Source: Opitutales bacterium (GTDB lineage Bacteria; Verrucomicrobiota; Verrucomicrobiia; Opitutales; PNEW01). From it: a DNA stretch of 32,000 nt. Position numbers and translations under genes: made by a program. The stretch spans positions 1,920,001 through 1,952,000 of the forward strand of contig CBDCNV010000001.1 of NCBI GenBank assembly GCA_965219535.1, written 5' to 3'. Shown here one piece after another: positions 11,415 to 20,421 of this stretch. Position 1 is the first letter of the stretch, and every line of letters starts with the position of its first letter. Below the pieces are notes generated by a model. That model was given only the letters and a program-made list of their open reading frames with translations, was not told the DNA's origin and did no database searches.

Positions 11415-12763
11415 TTGATTTAAACCGACAAGGAGGTATCGGAGCAAACGCACTTTATATAAAATTAGGTGCCTTTTCATTCATCGTTGATGCGGGTTTG
11501 AATCCTAAAATCGCAGGGTTAGAGGCGATGCCTATATATAACGAGATAGAGGATAACAGCCTTAATTTTATTATTTTGAGCCACTGCCATCTTGATCATC
11601 TTGGATCATTACCTGTTCTTGTAAAACGTCAGCCTCAAGCATCAATATTAATGAGCTTTCCGTCGCAAATCATTGCCCCATTCATGTTGAGAAATTCATG
11701 CAACGTGATGCTTAAACAGCGAGATGAGCTTAACATTGCCGAATATCCACTGTACAATCATAGAGATATAAAACGCGTTATAAAAAAGATTTCACCTCTG
11801 CACTTTGGACAACCTCGGAAATTTAAATTAAATGGTGACCGCCTGGATATCGCCTTATACGCTGCGGGTCATGTCCTCGGAGCCGCGGGCATTTGTATTT
11901 TGCATCAAAAAAGAAAAATATTTTTTACTGGAGATGTTCATTTTACACCACAAAAGACGCTTCCAGCTGCAAAATTCCCTAAAGAGGAATTTGATACCGT
12001 GGTTATAGAAACAACACGCGGAATGACAGAACGATCATTAGAAAAATCACGTGATAAAGAAGAACAACGTTTGATCAGACAAATAGAGAGGGTATTATCT
12101 AAGGGTGGTTCCTGTCTGATTCCGGTTTTCGCATTTGGTAGAATGCAGGAAATCCTGACCCTTATTTACGAGGCTCGTAATAATGGGTCACTGTCTAAAT
12201 CACCCATATATTGTGGCGGACTTGGAATGGAACTCGCAAATACATTTGATGAAATTTCACGTAATAGTGGGTTAATTAAATTTCGCCGTAAAATCTTAAA
12301 AGATCTTATGGTCAAACCGCTCCCGACTTCATTAGTTCCCGGTAAATCACCCCAAAGGCCAGGTTTATTCATAGTCAGTAGCGGTATGGTGGTTGGTAAC
12401 ACCCCATCATACTTAGTCGCTTCGAGTTTGTTAGGCTCTCCTAAAAACAGCATCTATTTTGTCGGCTATTGCGATCCTGATACGCCCGGAGGTAAATTAT
12501 TAGCAACCCCCGCAGGAAATAACTTTCTCTTTGAAAATCTTGATTTTCTCTGCCCGGTTAAGGCGCAGATTGAGAAATTTGATCTTAGCAGTCACGCTGA
12601 ACGGGAAGATCTCCTTAAATTTGCAATGACTGCAAACCCTCGCACGATTGTCCTTACGCATGGAGATGCTGAAGCTAAAAATTGGTTTGAAAAACAGATT
12701 AACTCAAACACCAACGCACCCAAAGTTCTCAATCCAACTCCCGTAAGAACCTATAAACTTTAA
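11405..12763 (+). CDS. Metallo-beta-lactamase-fold hydrolase, beta-CASP (RNA-metabolising) type
   Basis: 452 aa. It has the HxHxDH motif (SHCHLDHLG), a later AGHVLGAA, and a C-terminal SSHA...LTHGD typical of beta-CASP nucleases. It overlaps the apaG stop by 10 nt. Confidence 0.78.
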   Translation: MLLIDLNRQGGIGANALYIKLGAFSFIVDAGLNPKIAGLEAMPIYNEIEDNSLNFIILSHCHLDHLGSLPVLVKRQPQASILMSFPSQIIAPFMLRNSCNVMLKQRDELNIAEYPLYNHRDIKRVIKKISPLHFGQPRKFKLNGDRLDIALYAAGHVLGAAGICILHQKRKIFFTGDVHFTPQKTLPAAKFPKEEFDTVVIETTRGMTERSLEKSRDKEEQRLIRQIERVLSKGGSCLIPVFAFGRMQEILTLIYEARNNGSLSKSPIYCGGLGMELANTFDEISRNSGLIKFRRKILKDLMVKPLPTSLVPGKSPQRPGLFIVSSGMVVGNTPSYLVASSLLGSPKNSIYFVGYCDPDTPGGKLLATPAGNNFLFENLDFLCPVKAQIEKFDLSSHAEREDLLKFAMTANPRTIVLTHGDAEAKNWFEKQINSNTNAPKVLNPTPVRTYKL

Positions 12764-12789
12764 AACTCTCAGAGGAGTTTAAAAACAGA

Positions 12790-13635
12790 TTAGCGAGCCA
12801 TACGTTCGGTGCTTGAAGGCATTTCTTTGGTGACCATCGGAATATTGTATAGGTCACCCATGTATTCACAAAAGGAAGGAGTCCCTGTAAAATATTTAAC
12901 ATCAAGAGCATCACCATTGATTTGTCTCAGGGGAAACACGGAATTGCCAATAAAATGAAATTCCCTACCCCCCGCTAAACATAGAGTGTATGCAACGGAT
13001 AAATTCCATGCCTTAAGATCAAAGCCGAGGCATCCATCGAAAAAGCCAATCGCCGTATAGGCAGAGTTTAAAACACTGCACCCCATATCTGATAGATGAT
13101 AGTTCGTAAGAAGCGGCTCCAATTGTTCACACACTTCTTGTGAAAGAGGAAATTCTATACCTATCCTGCTATGTTTTCCTAACGAGCTAAGTTTGGTGGC
13201 AGTTTTTCGAGATCCAGCAATGAGTCCATCTCGCGGACTCCCTTCAATCATTTTTTGACGTAACATATCATAGACATAAGCGTAGACTGGATATCCGTCT
13301 TTTAGAAGACTGAGGGATATGGCACATGCAGGTATCCCTAAAGCGTAATTTTTCGTGCCATCAATAGGATTGAGAATCCACGAATAACGAGCGCTCAATT
13401 CCAACAATTCGTCCAAGGAGTTTGATTCTTCAGAAAAATAATTATCATCGACAAATGACTTTCTTAATTCTGTAAAAATTTTTTCTGATATAGCAAAATC
13501 AGCAAAGGCAACACAATTACCATCGTCTTTCGACTCACTATGGCCGTGGGCAAATTGTTTATGAAAAAAATCAATTTGCTTTTTAATCGCGACCCGGCCT
13601 GCGTTAATGCGGTGTTTAAGTTTGCTATCGGCCAT
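12790..13635 (-). CDS. Inositol monophosphatase/SuhB-family protein with a divergent active site
   Basis: The family signature is present as WILNPIDGTKNY and KAWNLSVAYTLCLAGG. The track ORF starts at a TTG (13662). I prefer the ATG at 13635 (MADSKLK...). Confidence 0.75.
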   Translation of the reverse strand: MADSKLKHRINAGRVAIKKQIDFFHKQFAHGHSESKDDGNCVAFADFAISEKIFTELRKSFVDDNYFSEESNSLDELLELSARYSWILNPIDGTKNYALGIPACAISLSLLKDGYPVYAYVYDMLRQKMIEGSPRDGLIAGSRKTATKLSSLGKHSRIGIEFPLSQEVCEQLEPLLTNYHLSDMGCSVLNSAYTAIGFFDGCLGFDLKAWNLSVAYTLCLAGGREFHFIGNSVFPLRQINGDALDVKYFTGTPSFCEYMGDLYNIPMVTKEMPSSTERMAR

Positions 13636-13929
13636 TATTAAAAATCCAGAGTTTCCGCTCAATAAATCATTTTTATTTCATTGTTAGATTAGATAATTAT
13701 TGAGCGAATATCAACATAATCAATTTTAATTATATACTTTTAAAAATTGCACTTGGCCGGATAAACAGATCCGGAAAACTGCCATTGTCGTTCAGGCATA
13801 AATCATGCCATAATCAAAAAGAGTAATAGTGTAGCTGTCATCATACGACTCCTCCAGTCGTTATATTATAACGCTCTATCAAATTCATTTCATCACAATC
13901 AATAAGTAAAACTGAATTTGACCGCAGTC

Positions 13930-14460
13930 TTAAGTGTAATCTGAAAAGTCGTATAATTGCGGATCGCGAGTAAGCAATTGTCTTTCGCTTTTTTTACTTT
14001 TAATATTTTCGGTTTTTTCAGACGGATTTTCCATTGTTTCCACTTCATCTTCTATGATATCGCCAAACTCGTCTTCCAATTTTTCTGGATCCTCTCCAGC
14101 TTCCAAGCGACGCATTATTTCTTCCATCCTTTCAGGCATTTTTTCTCCACTCATCTCGGTCATTTTACGCATCAAGTGACCCAATTGTTTCGGATCGGGA
14201 TTATTTTCATCAATTCCCGTTATTTCATTTTCCATTTCGGCCATTGCCGCTTGAAGATCCTGATCACTGAGATCACCTCCCATTGATTCATCCTCGGAAT
14301 TATTTCTATTCGCGGTAACGGAAAAGCTGGATATCATTTTAACCATTTTATAATTGGGGTTATCCGGACAGCGGGGTAATTTAGCACTCTGGGAGATAGT
14401 TTTAATGTAAAAGGAGTATATCCGGTTATTATCTGGGCTATAATATTCATATATTGCCAT
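13930..14460 (-). CDS. FmdB-like (CxxC_CxxC_SSSS zinc-ribbon family) protein with degenerate cysteines and an acidic tail
   Basis: 176 aa. The N-terminus MAIYEYYSPDNN...LPRCPDNPNYKMVKMISSF follows the FmdB-family pattern MxIYEY..CxxC....CPxC...R.IS.F, but only one Cys is retained. The rest of the protein is strongly acidic. Confidence 0.55.
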   Translation of the reverse strand: MAIYEYYSPDNNRIYSFYIKTISQSAKLPRCPDNPNYKMVKMISSFSVTANRNNSEDESMGGDLSDQDLQAAMAEMENEITGIDENNPDPKQLGHLMRKMTEMSGEKMPERMEEIMRRLEAGEDPEKLEDEFGDIIEDEVETMENPSEKTENIKSKKSERQLLTRDPQLYDFSDYT

Positions 14461-14624
14461 AAGGTGAAATTGATTATGCTGAGCTTTAATTTTTATTTAT
14501 CTGACAGTTATTATGTTCAATAATGCAATGCGAAGAAGATTATATTTCACAATTAAAAAATCGACATCTTTGGATTAGCTAAAAGCTTTTGCGCTGTCAA
14601 AGCTGCTTTGCAATTATCACTAAC

Positions 14625-14653
14625 TTGACAATAATTTTCCCTCTACAAATAAT
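14625..14653 (+). promoter_or_regulatory. Candidate sigma70-type promoter (TTGACA - 17 nt - AATAAT)
   Basis: TTGACA lies at 14625..14630, followed by a 17-nt spacer and AATAAT at 14648..14653. This is about 105 nt upstream of the 14760 ORF. The call rests on the sequence pattern only. Confidence 0.3.
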
Positions 14654-14759
14654 TTGTGGCACGAATTTTTCCATTTATTTAAACCATCGCTTAATTATCG
14701 GATAATAGTTCTACGAACTCTTTTGAAGGAGTAATTTTACCGATAACAAACTTATTCAC

Positions 14760-15452
14760 TTGAAAAAGAATATCATCATTTTTTGCGTCTTAGTCTGCCT
14801 CGTGACAATCTCTTGGAGTCTTTTTCTTATTCAAAGAATTAAGCATAAAGAACAACTCGATCAAGAAAGGACGCAAGCGGCGCAATGGGAAAAAATGCTG
14901 GAAGATTTGGCTAATGAAAATGCTGAACGTGAAAAGAAAGCTCAATTAAATGCTGAAAGTGAAGTAGAAGCGCGAATGATGGCAGAAGAAGCACAGCGTA
15001 TGGCCGAATTAAAAGCGAAGGAAGACGAAGAAGCGAGACAGCAACGTATTGAAGAACTTAGAAAAAAATTAACCGATGAGATTACGGAACGTCGCGAAGC
15101 TGAAACCGCGCTAAATCTCTTGAATGAAAAATTGCGCTCCCTCGAAAATGCACAGTCACAGGCTACAGAAAAATTAAATGGGCTTAATGATGCAAGAGAC
15201 GGTTTGGCCCAAGGTGACTCTCTCACCTCTACCCGCAATCAATTAATGGTAAAGGAAGAAGAGATCCAACGACTCTCGGCGGAAAGGGATAAATTAGAAG
15301 AATTATACCAGGTATCTCTACAACGGCAAATGGCAACGGAAGATGAACTCAAACGTGAAGCGGACAAGTCAAGATGGCCTCAGCCCCTGCGTGGTGCTAT
15401 TAATGCTTTTCTTTATCTTTTAGGAATAAAGACTGAGGAGGAAGTTGAGTAG
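14760..15452 (+). CDS. Hypothetical membrane-anchored coiled-coil protein
   Basis: 230 aa with a TTG start. It has an N-terminal TM helix (IIIFCVLVCLVTISWSLFLI) followed by a long E/K/A/R-rich coiled-coil-like sequence. No SD is at proper spacing; the AAGGAG lies 28 nt upstream. Confidence 0.5.
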   Translation: MKKNIIIFCVLVCLVTISWSLFLIQRIKHKEQLDQERTQAAQWEKMLEDLANENAEREKKAQLNAESEVEARMMAEEAQRMAELKAKEDEEARQQRIEELRKKLTDEITERREAETALNLLNEKLRSLENAQSQATEKLNGLNDARDGLAQGDSLTSTRNQLMVKEEEIQRLSAERDKLEELYQVSLQRQMATEDELKREADKSRWPQPLRGAINAFLYLLGIKTEEEVE

Positions 15453-15454
15453 TC

Positions 15455-16192
15455 TTATTTAGTTTTTCGAGCGACCCAAAATCGGCATTCGTCCGAAAAT
15501 TTTCGGACTTGATCTGATTCGTTCGCGATATCTTTTCTTAATACATCGGTTTCAACAATGAAACCTGTTGATTTTAAATCTTCAATGACCTCCATTCGTG
15601 TGGGGACATGAATGAATGAATTACCTAAAGGCGTCATTTCATAACGATCACCGTACTCAAGAAGATCAGGTTTTTGTTTTCCATGATGCCAGCGAAGTTT
15701 TTCTTTTTTCCAAAATTTGGATCCTTTCTTTAATTCACGATCATGGCTGGTAAATACGAAAAACCCGTCGGGTTTTATGACTCGGTAAATTTCACTTAGC
15801 GCTAATCGTCGATTGTCACGGCCGGGAATCTGCATTAATCCATTAAAACCAAATATGGCGCCGTCATAATCATATTCAGCAAAATTCAATTGCGTAGCAT
15901 CACCCACTTGAAAAGAGATATTATAATTGAGAATCTTGGCCATTTGTCGCGCGCGCATAATCATCTCTCTGGAGTAATCTATCCCTAAAACCTTATTATA
16001 CCCCAATTCATAAAGACCCATCGCAATTCTACCCGTACCGCACCCCAATTCTAAAATCGTATCATTATTACGAAAAATACGGGTAAAGATCTTTTCTTCC
16101 GCGACCCAAAGCCCGAGATTTATCGCTGCTGACGCATAGTGTTCAACGACTTTTGGTTGTCGGTAATAGGCTTTGATATTTTCCATTTCCAT
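15455..16192 (-). CDS. Class I SAM-dependent methyltransferase
   Basis: 245 aa. It has motif I ILELGCGTGRIA and a post-I acidic residue (GIDYS). Confidence 0.8.
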   Translation of the reverse strand: MEMENIKAYYRQPKVVEHYASAAINLGLWVAEEKIFTRIFRNNDTILELGCGTGRIAMGLYELGYNKVLGIDYSREMIMRARQMAKILNYNISFQVGDATQLNFAEYDYDGAIFGFNGLMQIPGRDNRRLALSEIYRVIKPDGFFVFTSHDRELKKGSKFWKKEKLRWHHGKQKPDLLEYGDRYEMTPLGNSFIHVPTRMEVIEDLKSTGFIVETDVLRKDIANESDQVRKFSDECRFWVARKTK

Positions 16193-16259
16193 GGTTTTCT
16201 TTTTTACCGATAGACCTTGCTTTTCTCACTTGAGTCTTTTTAATTAGCCGTTTTTTAGA

Positions 16260-16574
16260 ATGAAAGCCACGATTAAAACTCAAGGAAGGCAACTTACTGT
16301 CGAGAAAGGTGATATCTTTCACGTCAACCGCTACAAGGATTCCAAGGCAGGTGATATTATTGATATAGACAATGTATTAATGGTTGGAGAAGGCGAAAAG
16401 GTCGCGTTCGGCTCACCCCTCGTCGATGGAGCCTCGGTCAAAGCAAAAATTATTGAAAATAAGCGGGGGCAGAAAGTGATAGTTATTAAAAAGAAACGGC
16501 GCAAGGGTTATCGGCGCAAACATGGACACCGTCAAGAGCTATCAGTAATCCAAATAGAGTCGATTAAAGCATAA
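16260..16574 (+). CDS. rplU: 50S ribosomal protein L21
   Basis: 104 aa, beginning [18 protein letters not shown]..., with a basic C-terminus. It sits immediately upstream of rpmA, the conserved rplU-rpmA pair. Confidence 0.92.
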   Translation: MKATIKTQGRQLTVEKGDIFHVNRYKDSKAGDIIDIDNVLMVGEGEKVAFGSPLVDGASVKAKIIENKRGQKVIVIKKKRRKGYRRKHGHRQELSVIQIESIKA

Positions 16575-16589
16575 AAAGGAGAATAAAAA

Positions 16590-16841
16590 ATGGCTCATAA
16601 AAAAGGGCAAGGAACGAGCAAAAACGGGCGTGATAGTAATAGCAAACGTCTGGGTGTTAAAAAATACGGGGGTGAATTTGTTCTCGCCGGAAACATTTTA
16701 ATGCGCCAGCGAGGGACTCGCTATCATCCAGGACGTAATGTTGGACTGGGTAGGGACTTTACACTCTTCGCTCTTGCCGACGGCAAAGTCAAATGGGATG
16801 CAAATCATCGTACAGTATCCATAGAGGCTGAATCAAATTAG
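16590..16841 (+). CDS. rpmA: 50S ribosomal protein L27
   Basis: 83 aa. [28 protein letters not shown]...RQRGT is a near-canonical L27 sequence. Confidence 0.95.
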   Translation: MAHKKGQGTSKNGRDSNSKRLGVKKYGGEFVLAGNILMRQRGTRYHPGRNVGLGRDFTLFALADGKVKWDANHRTVSIEAESN

Positions 16842-16958
16842 TGATATTGTTCGAATAAAATCGAACCGCTGATTTTCGGGGTCATCATTAAAAATCCCTC
16901 CCCACTCTTCTTTAATATCACTTTAGATATTTAACGCGAATTTTAAATTTGTTGCCCT

Positions 16959-17306
16959 TTGAAGTTTACCCTTCAGGAACTCCTCAAGCAAAAAAGCCTG
17001 CTCGATAATCACCTGGCATGGCTGAATTCAAAAATTGAGGAACTTAAAAGCGAAACACCTGAGAAAAGTGAAACGACACCCGGTGCTGCTTCAACAGCGC
17101 CCAGTGTTGAAACTGTAAAAACAGTTGAAACTACCACCCCGATTGCACCCGGGGAAGATCCGGTAACAGAGACTATTGCGCAACAGTATCAGGCAACACA
17201 AAGCGGCGAATCGCCGATGATGAAAGTGGGCTGTATCGCAGTCGTTATCGGGATCTGCTTGTTCTTTCTCTTTGCTCTTTTTGTCCTGCCCAATTGGTTT
17301 TATTAG
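16959..17306 (+). CDS. Hypothetical tail-anchored membrane protein
   Basis: 115 aa with a TTG start. It has an N-terminal amphipathic or coiled segment, a T/P/E-rich linker, and a single C-terminal TM (VGCIAVVIGICLFFLFALFVL). Confidence 0.4.
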   Translation: MKFTLQELLKQKSLLDNHLAWLNSKIEELKSETPEKSETTPGAASTAPSVETVKTVETTTPIAPGEDPVTETIAQQYQATQSGESPMMKVGCIAVVIGICLFFLFALFVLPNWFY

Positions 17307-18343
17307 AGCGTAATCTTGTCGCTTTGACTGCTCCAAGATTTATAGACAGCGTTCGTGAATCGCATATATTTTACCCCTAATTCAAAATTAGTTAATTTTA
17401 CCGGAGTTCCATTACGAATACTGTCGATAAAATCCGCCTCGACTTGCCAGCTTCCCTTTTTATCAGAGGGAATATCAATACGTTCCTCCTCCCCAGAACC
17501 AACGTCTGCCCGGTATAGGGCATTCTCTTTAAGATCCAGACGCAGAGAGGCCTTTGAGCCATTTAGCCTGATTTCTACACGCGACTGACCAGACTCTATC
17601 CCACTGAATTGGTATATCATCCGTGCGCCAGACGAATATCGCCCGAGGATAGAAATACAATCAGGGATTTTTACAGACACCTTTTCTTTTTTTTCAAGAT
17701 CATCGCGCTCAGTAGTAAAAATTGCGGCATCAGCTATTACCCAAACCGGTTCATCATTAATCCACCGATGAATTATTTCATGATAAATCCCCATGCCCAT
17801 TATATTGCGGCCACTTAATTCGAAATCTTGACGCCACATTATTGGTGCATCGGATAAGGCAAATTGACACCCTGTATCTGTCACACACAATTCTCTTAAT
17901 TCTCCAATATCACCATTCGCAATGAGTTCTGTGATTGTTGCATCAAATTCAAAAGTCATTGGTCCGGGCACTATTTGCGCCACTAAATCGGGTTTTGCCT
18001 GGGAGGCGGCTAACATTGAGTCCGCTTCGGCTAAATCTCTGGCCATTCGCGCTTCCGTCAGTACATGTTTATTCGCAGCGAGTGCCGCATTAGTAATTTC
18101 AGCGTGCAGGTAAGGCCAGGTGCCAATACATATGGCGTCGATTTCTGAATCATTGACTACCTCTTGCCAGGTTTCGGCAATGCGAGGAATATTAAATTCT
18201 TTTGCTACTTTTTCAGACGATTCGCGACTGCGATTACAAACCACGGAACATACAACATCATCAATTTCCTGAAATCCAGGTAAATGCCTGCTGCGGGTAT
18301 TTGCACCCGCACCGATAAAACCAACTCGTATTTGATTGCTCAT
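17303..18343 (-). CDS. Gfo/Idh/MocA-family NAD(P)-dependent oxidoreductase
   Basis: 346 aa. It has an N-terminal Rossmann motif (RVGFIGAGANTRSRHLPGF) and a family-typical EARMA segment. Confidence 0.8.
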   Translation of the reverse strand: MSNQIRVGFIGAGANTRSRHLPGFQEIDDVVCSVVCNRSRESSEKVAKEFNIPRIAETWQEVVNDSEIDAICIGTWPYLHAEITNAALAANKHVLTEARMARDLAEADSMLAASQAKPDLVAQIVPGPMTFEFDATITELIANGDIGELRELCVTDTGCQFALSDAPIMWRQDFELSGRNIMGMGIYHEIIHRWINDEPVWVIADAAIFTTERDDLEKKEKVSVKIPDCISILGRYSSGARMIYQFSGIESGQSRVEIRLNGSKASLRLDLKENALYRADVGSGEEERIDIPSDKKGSWQVEADFIDSIRNGTPVKLTNFELGVKYMRFTNAVYKSWSSQSDKITL

Positions 18344-18426
18344 AATGAATAAATGAGCAAAACCATTTCAAAAAAGCAACATTATCTCCTCGCTGCTAAA
18401 GGTTCATTTCATCGTTATAATATACC

Positions 18427-19098
18427 GTGACTTTTTCAAACCAGTCTCCAAAGAAGCCATTGCGATCACTTTTCCCTACCGAGGTAATAACTGAGGAATC
18501 GGTGATTACTGAAATTAATGACAGCTTGTATCCAGAAGAGATGTACTGTATCAGCAATGCCGCTAATAAACGCAAAAGTGAATTCACTGCAGGACGAGTT
18601 TGTGCCCGAAACGCCCTTAAAAAGTTGGGTTATACGGATTTTCCTCTCCTCATGGGGGAAGATCGCGCACCTCAATGGCCCGAAGATATTTCAGGAAGCA
18701 TTGCTCATACGAGTGAATATTGCGGCGTCGCGGTAGCGAAAAAAAAAGATTTTCCCTCTTTGGGTTTTGATATGGAATTGATCGATAGATTGGGAAAACA
18801 TTTATGGCCACAAATTTTCACCTCTCGAGAGCAATCATGGATTCAGACTCTACCCGGTGATGAACAAGATCAATCGGCGGCTCTTCTTTTTAGCGCTAAA
18901 GAATGTTTCTACAAATATCAATATCCTCTGACAAAACTATGGGTAGGTTTTGAGGACGTTGAAATTGAAGCCAGCCTAGTTGAAAATAAATTCAATATCC
19001 AATTACTAAAAGATATTCCGTCACTCGGGAAAATCAAAACGACATTTTCCGGTCACTTTTTATACCATTCAAATCATGTATTCACGGTTATCTTTTAG
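18427..19098 (+). CDS. 4'-phosphopantetheinyl transferase, EntD/Sfp type
   Basis: 223 aa with a GTG start. Motifs KRKSEFTAGRVCAR, SIAHT, GFDME and FSAKECFYK match EntD-like PPTases. Confidence 0.78.
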   Translation: MTFSNQSPKKPLRSLFPTEVITEESVITEINDSLYPEEMYCISNAANKRKSEFTAGRVCARNALKKLGYTDFPLLMGEDRAPQWPEDISGSIAHTSEYCGVAVAKKKDFPSLGFDMELIDRLGKHLWPQIFTSREQSWIQTLPGDEQDQSAALLFSAKECFYKYQYPLTKLWVGFEDVEIEASLVENKFNIQLLKDIPSLGKIKTTFSGHFLYHSNHVFTVIF

Positions 19099-19152
19099 AG
19101 TCTAATTCTGTATTCATTCAAGGATCGCTGCATTCTAATCGTTGCTATTATA

Positions 19153-20163
19153 TTAAGCGTTATGTTCATCCCCTGGGATAAAATTCATCTCTTGAAGCCA
19201 TTTAAGCGTGGGCGCCAAGGTATCTCTTGCCGAGCGAAATTGTATCCCTAATTCACGTTGTGCCTTGGAATTATCCATAAACCAGTAGAGTAAAGCGTAT
19301 TCCAAAGCGGCGGGATTAATTCCTCGGCGCAGCTTAAGCAGGTGACTTAAAAAAATATACAGTTTAACGAAAATATGTGGTACGTTGATTATGGTTTTTT
19401 TTGTTTTTAGTATCTTGTGGGTAAGGGCTGCAAGTTCATGAAAATTCAAATTATCTCCACCCAGGATATAGCGTTCACCAACCGCTCCTTGTTTATAAGC
19501 TGCTAAAATTCCTTGAGCAACATCTTCGGCATGAACGATGCTTGTTCCTCCTTTAGTAATAAGAACCGGCTTAGATTTTGCAAAATTAATCAGTGTTTCC
19601 GCTGTCACGAGATCAGTATCGCCGGGCCCATAAACTTCGGTCGGATTTACCGTTACTATGGGCAGACCTTTGGCAGCATACTGTTGACAGAGCTTCTCCG
19701 CTTCAACTTTAGCTAACACGTAAGCATACCTATTACTTCTTAAATTAAACATCTCGCTTTCATTCTGAATATTAGGTCTTTTCGTCCCCCCCACTGCCGC
19801 CGCACTGCTGACACAGACTGTCCTTAAATTGCCATATTTTTTTGCGGTTTTTAAAACATTATGTGTCCCCTCAACAATAACTTCATGCACATGGGGTGAA
19901 GCGATATCCGCCCAATTAGCTATCGCGGCTAGATGGATGACCCCCTGACAACCTTTGATTCCTTCAGCCAGACAAGAGCTATCACGAATGTCGCCAACAG
20001 TGTATTCGTAACTAAGGTGCTCGATGCGCTTGGTGTTACTCGTTTCCCTGAGCAGGCATTTTATGGAATAACCATTTTCGATTAAAAGAGGAAGCAAGTA
20101 AGATCCAATAAATCCATTTCCTCCTGTAACAAAAAGTTTTCCAAGATGATTATCGCTACTCAC
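19153..20163 (-). CDS. NAD-dependent epimerase/dehydratase (extended SDR family)
   Basis: 336 aa. It has the motif TGGNGFIGSYL and a YxxxK (YVLAK). The substrate is not assignable. Confidence 0.8.
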   Translation of the reverse strand: MSSDNHLGKLFVTGGNGFIGSYLLPLLIENGYSIKCLLRETSNTKRIEHLSYEYTVGDIRDSSCLAEGIKGCQGVIHLAAIANWADIASPHVHEVIVEGTHNVLKTAKKYGNLRTVCVSSAAAVGGTKRPNIQNESEMFNLRSNRYAYVLAKVEAEKLCQQYAAKGLPIVTVNPTEVYGPGDTDLVTAETLINFAKSKPVLITKGGTSIVHAEDVAQGILAAYKQGAVGERYILGGDNLNFHELAALTHKILKTKKTIINVPHIFVKLYIFLSHLLKLRRGINPAALEYALLYWFMDNSKAQRELGIQFRSARDTLAPTLKWLQEMNFIPGDEHNA

Positions 20164-20402
20164 TTTAAATCTCTTTGTTATAGAGTTTTCTAACTATTGC
20201 GTAAAAGAGTGATCTTATCGTAAAGAGCACAGATAGTTACGAAATTGCAAGCTGGTTTGCTTTAATAAATCGAGCGATAAGAGTTAATATACCCCATCAA
20301 TGGTAGAAGATTGGATTTATGGAATATAGAAATACTTTGTAATAGCATTTCTATAATGATCGGACCCCGTTTTTCGTACCAATTTAAGTGAGAGAGTTAC
20401 CG

Positions 20403-20407
20403 GGTGT
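20403..20407. repeat. Target-site duplication of IS-A, left copy (GGTGT). The right copy is at 21653..21657.
   Basis: The identical 5-mer directly abuts both termini of IS-A. Direct repeats of 3-5 bp are typical of the IS3 family. Confidence 0.7.
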
Positions 20408-20421
20408 TGACCTGCTCCCGT

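Noticed and set aside
12763-12780. A hairpin, AAACTC-TCAGAG-GAGTTT, between the convergent beta-CASP and IMPase-like genes, considered as a bidirectional terminator.
   Set aside because: The stem is only 6 bp, AT-rich, and lacks a proper U-tract on either strand. This is too weak to call.
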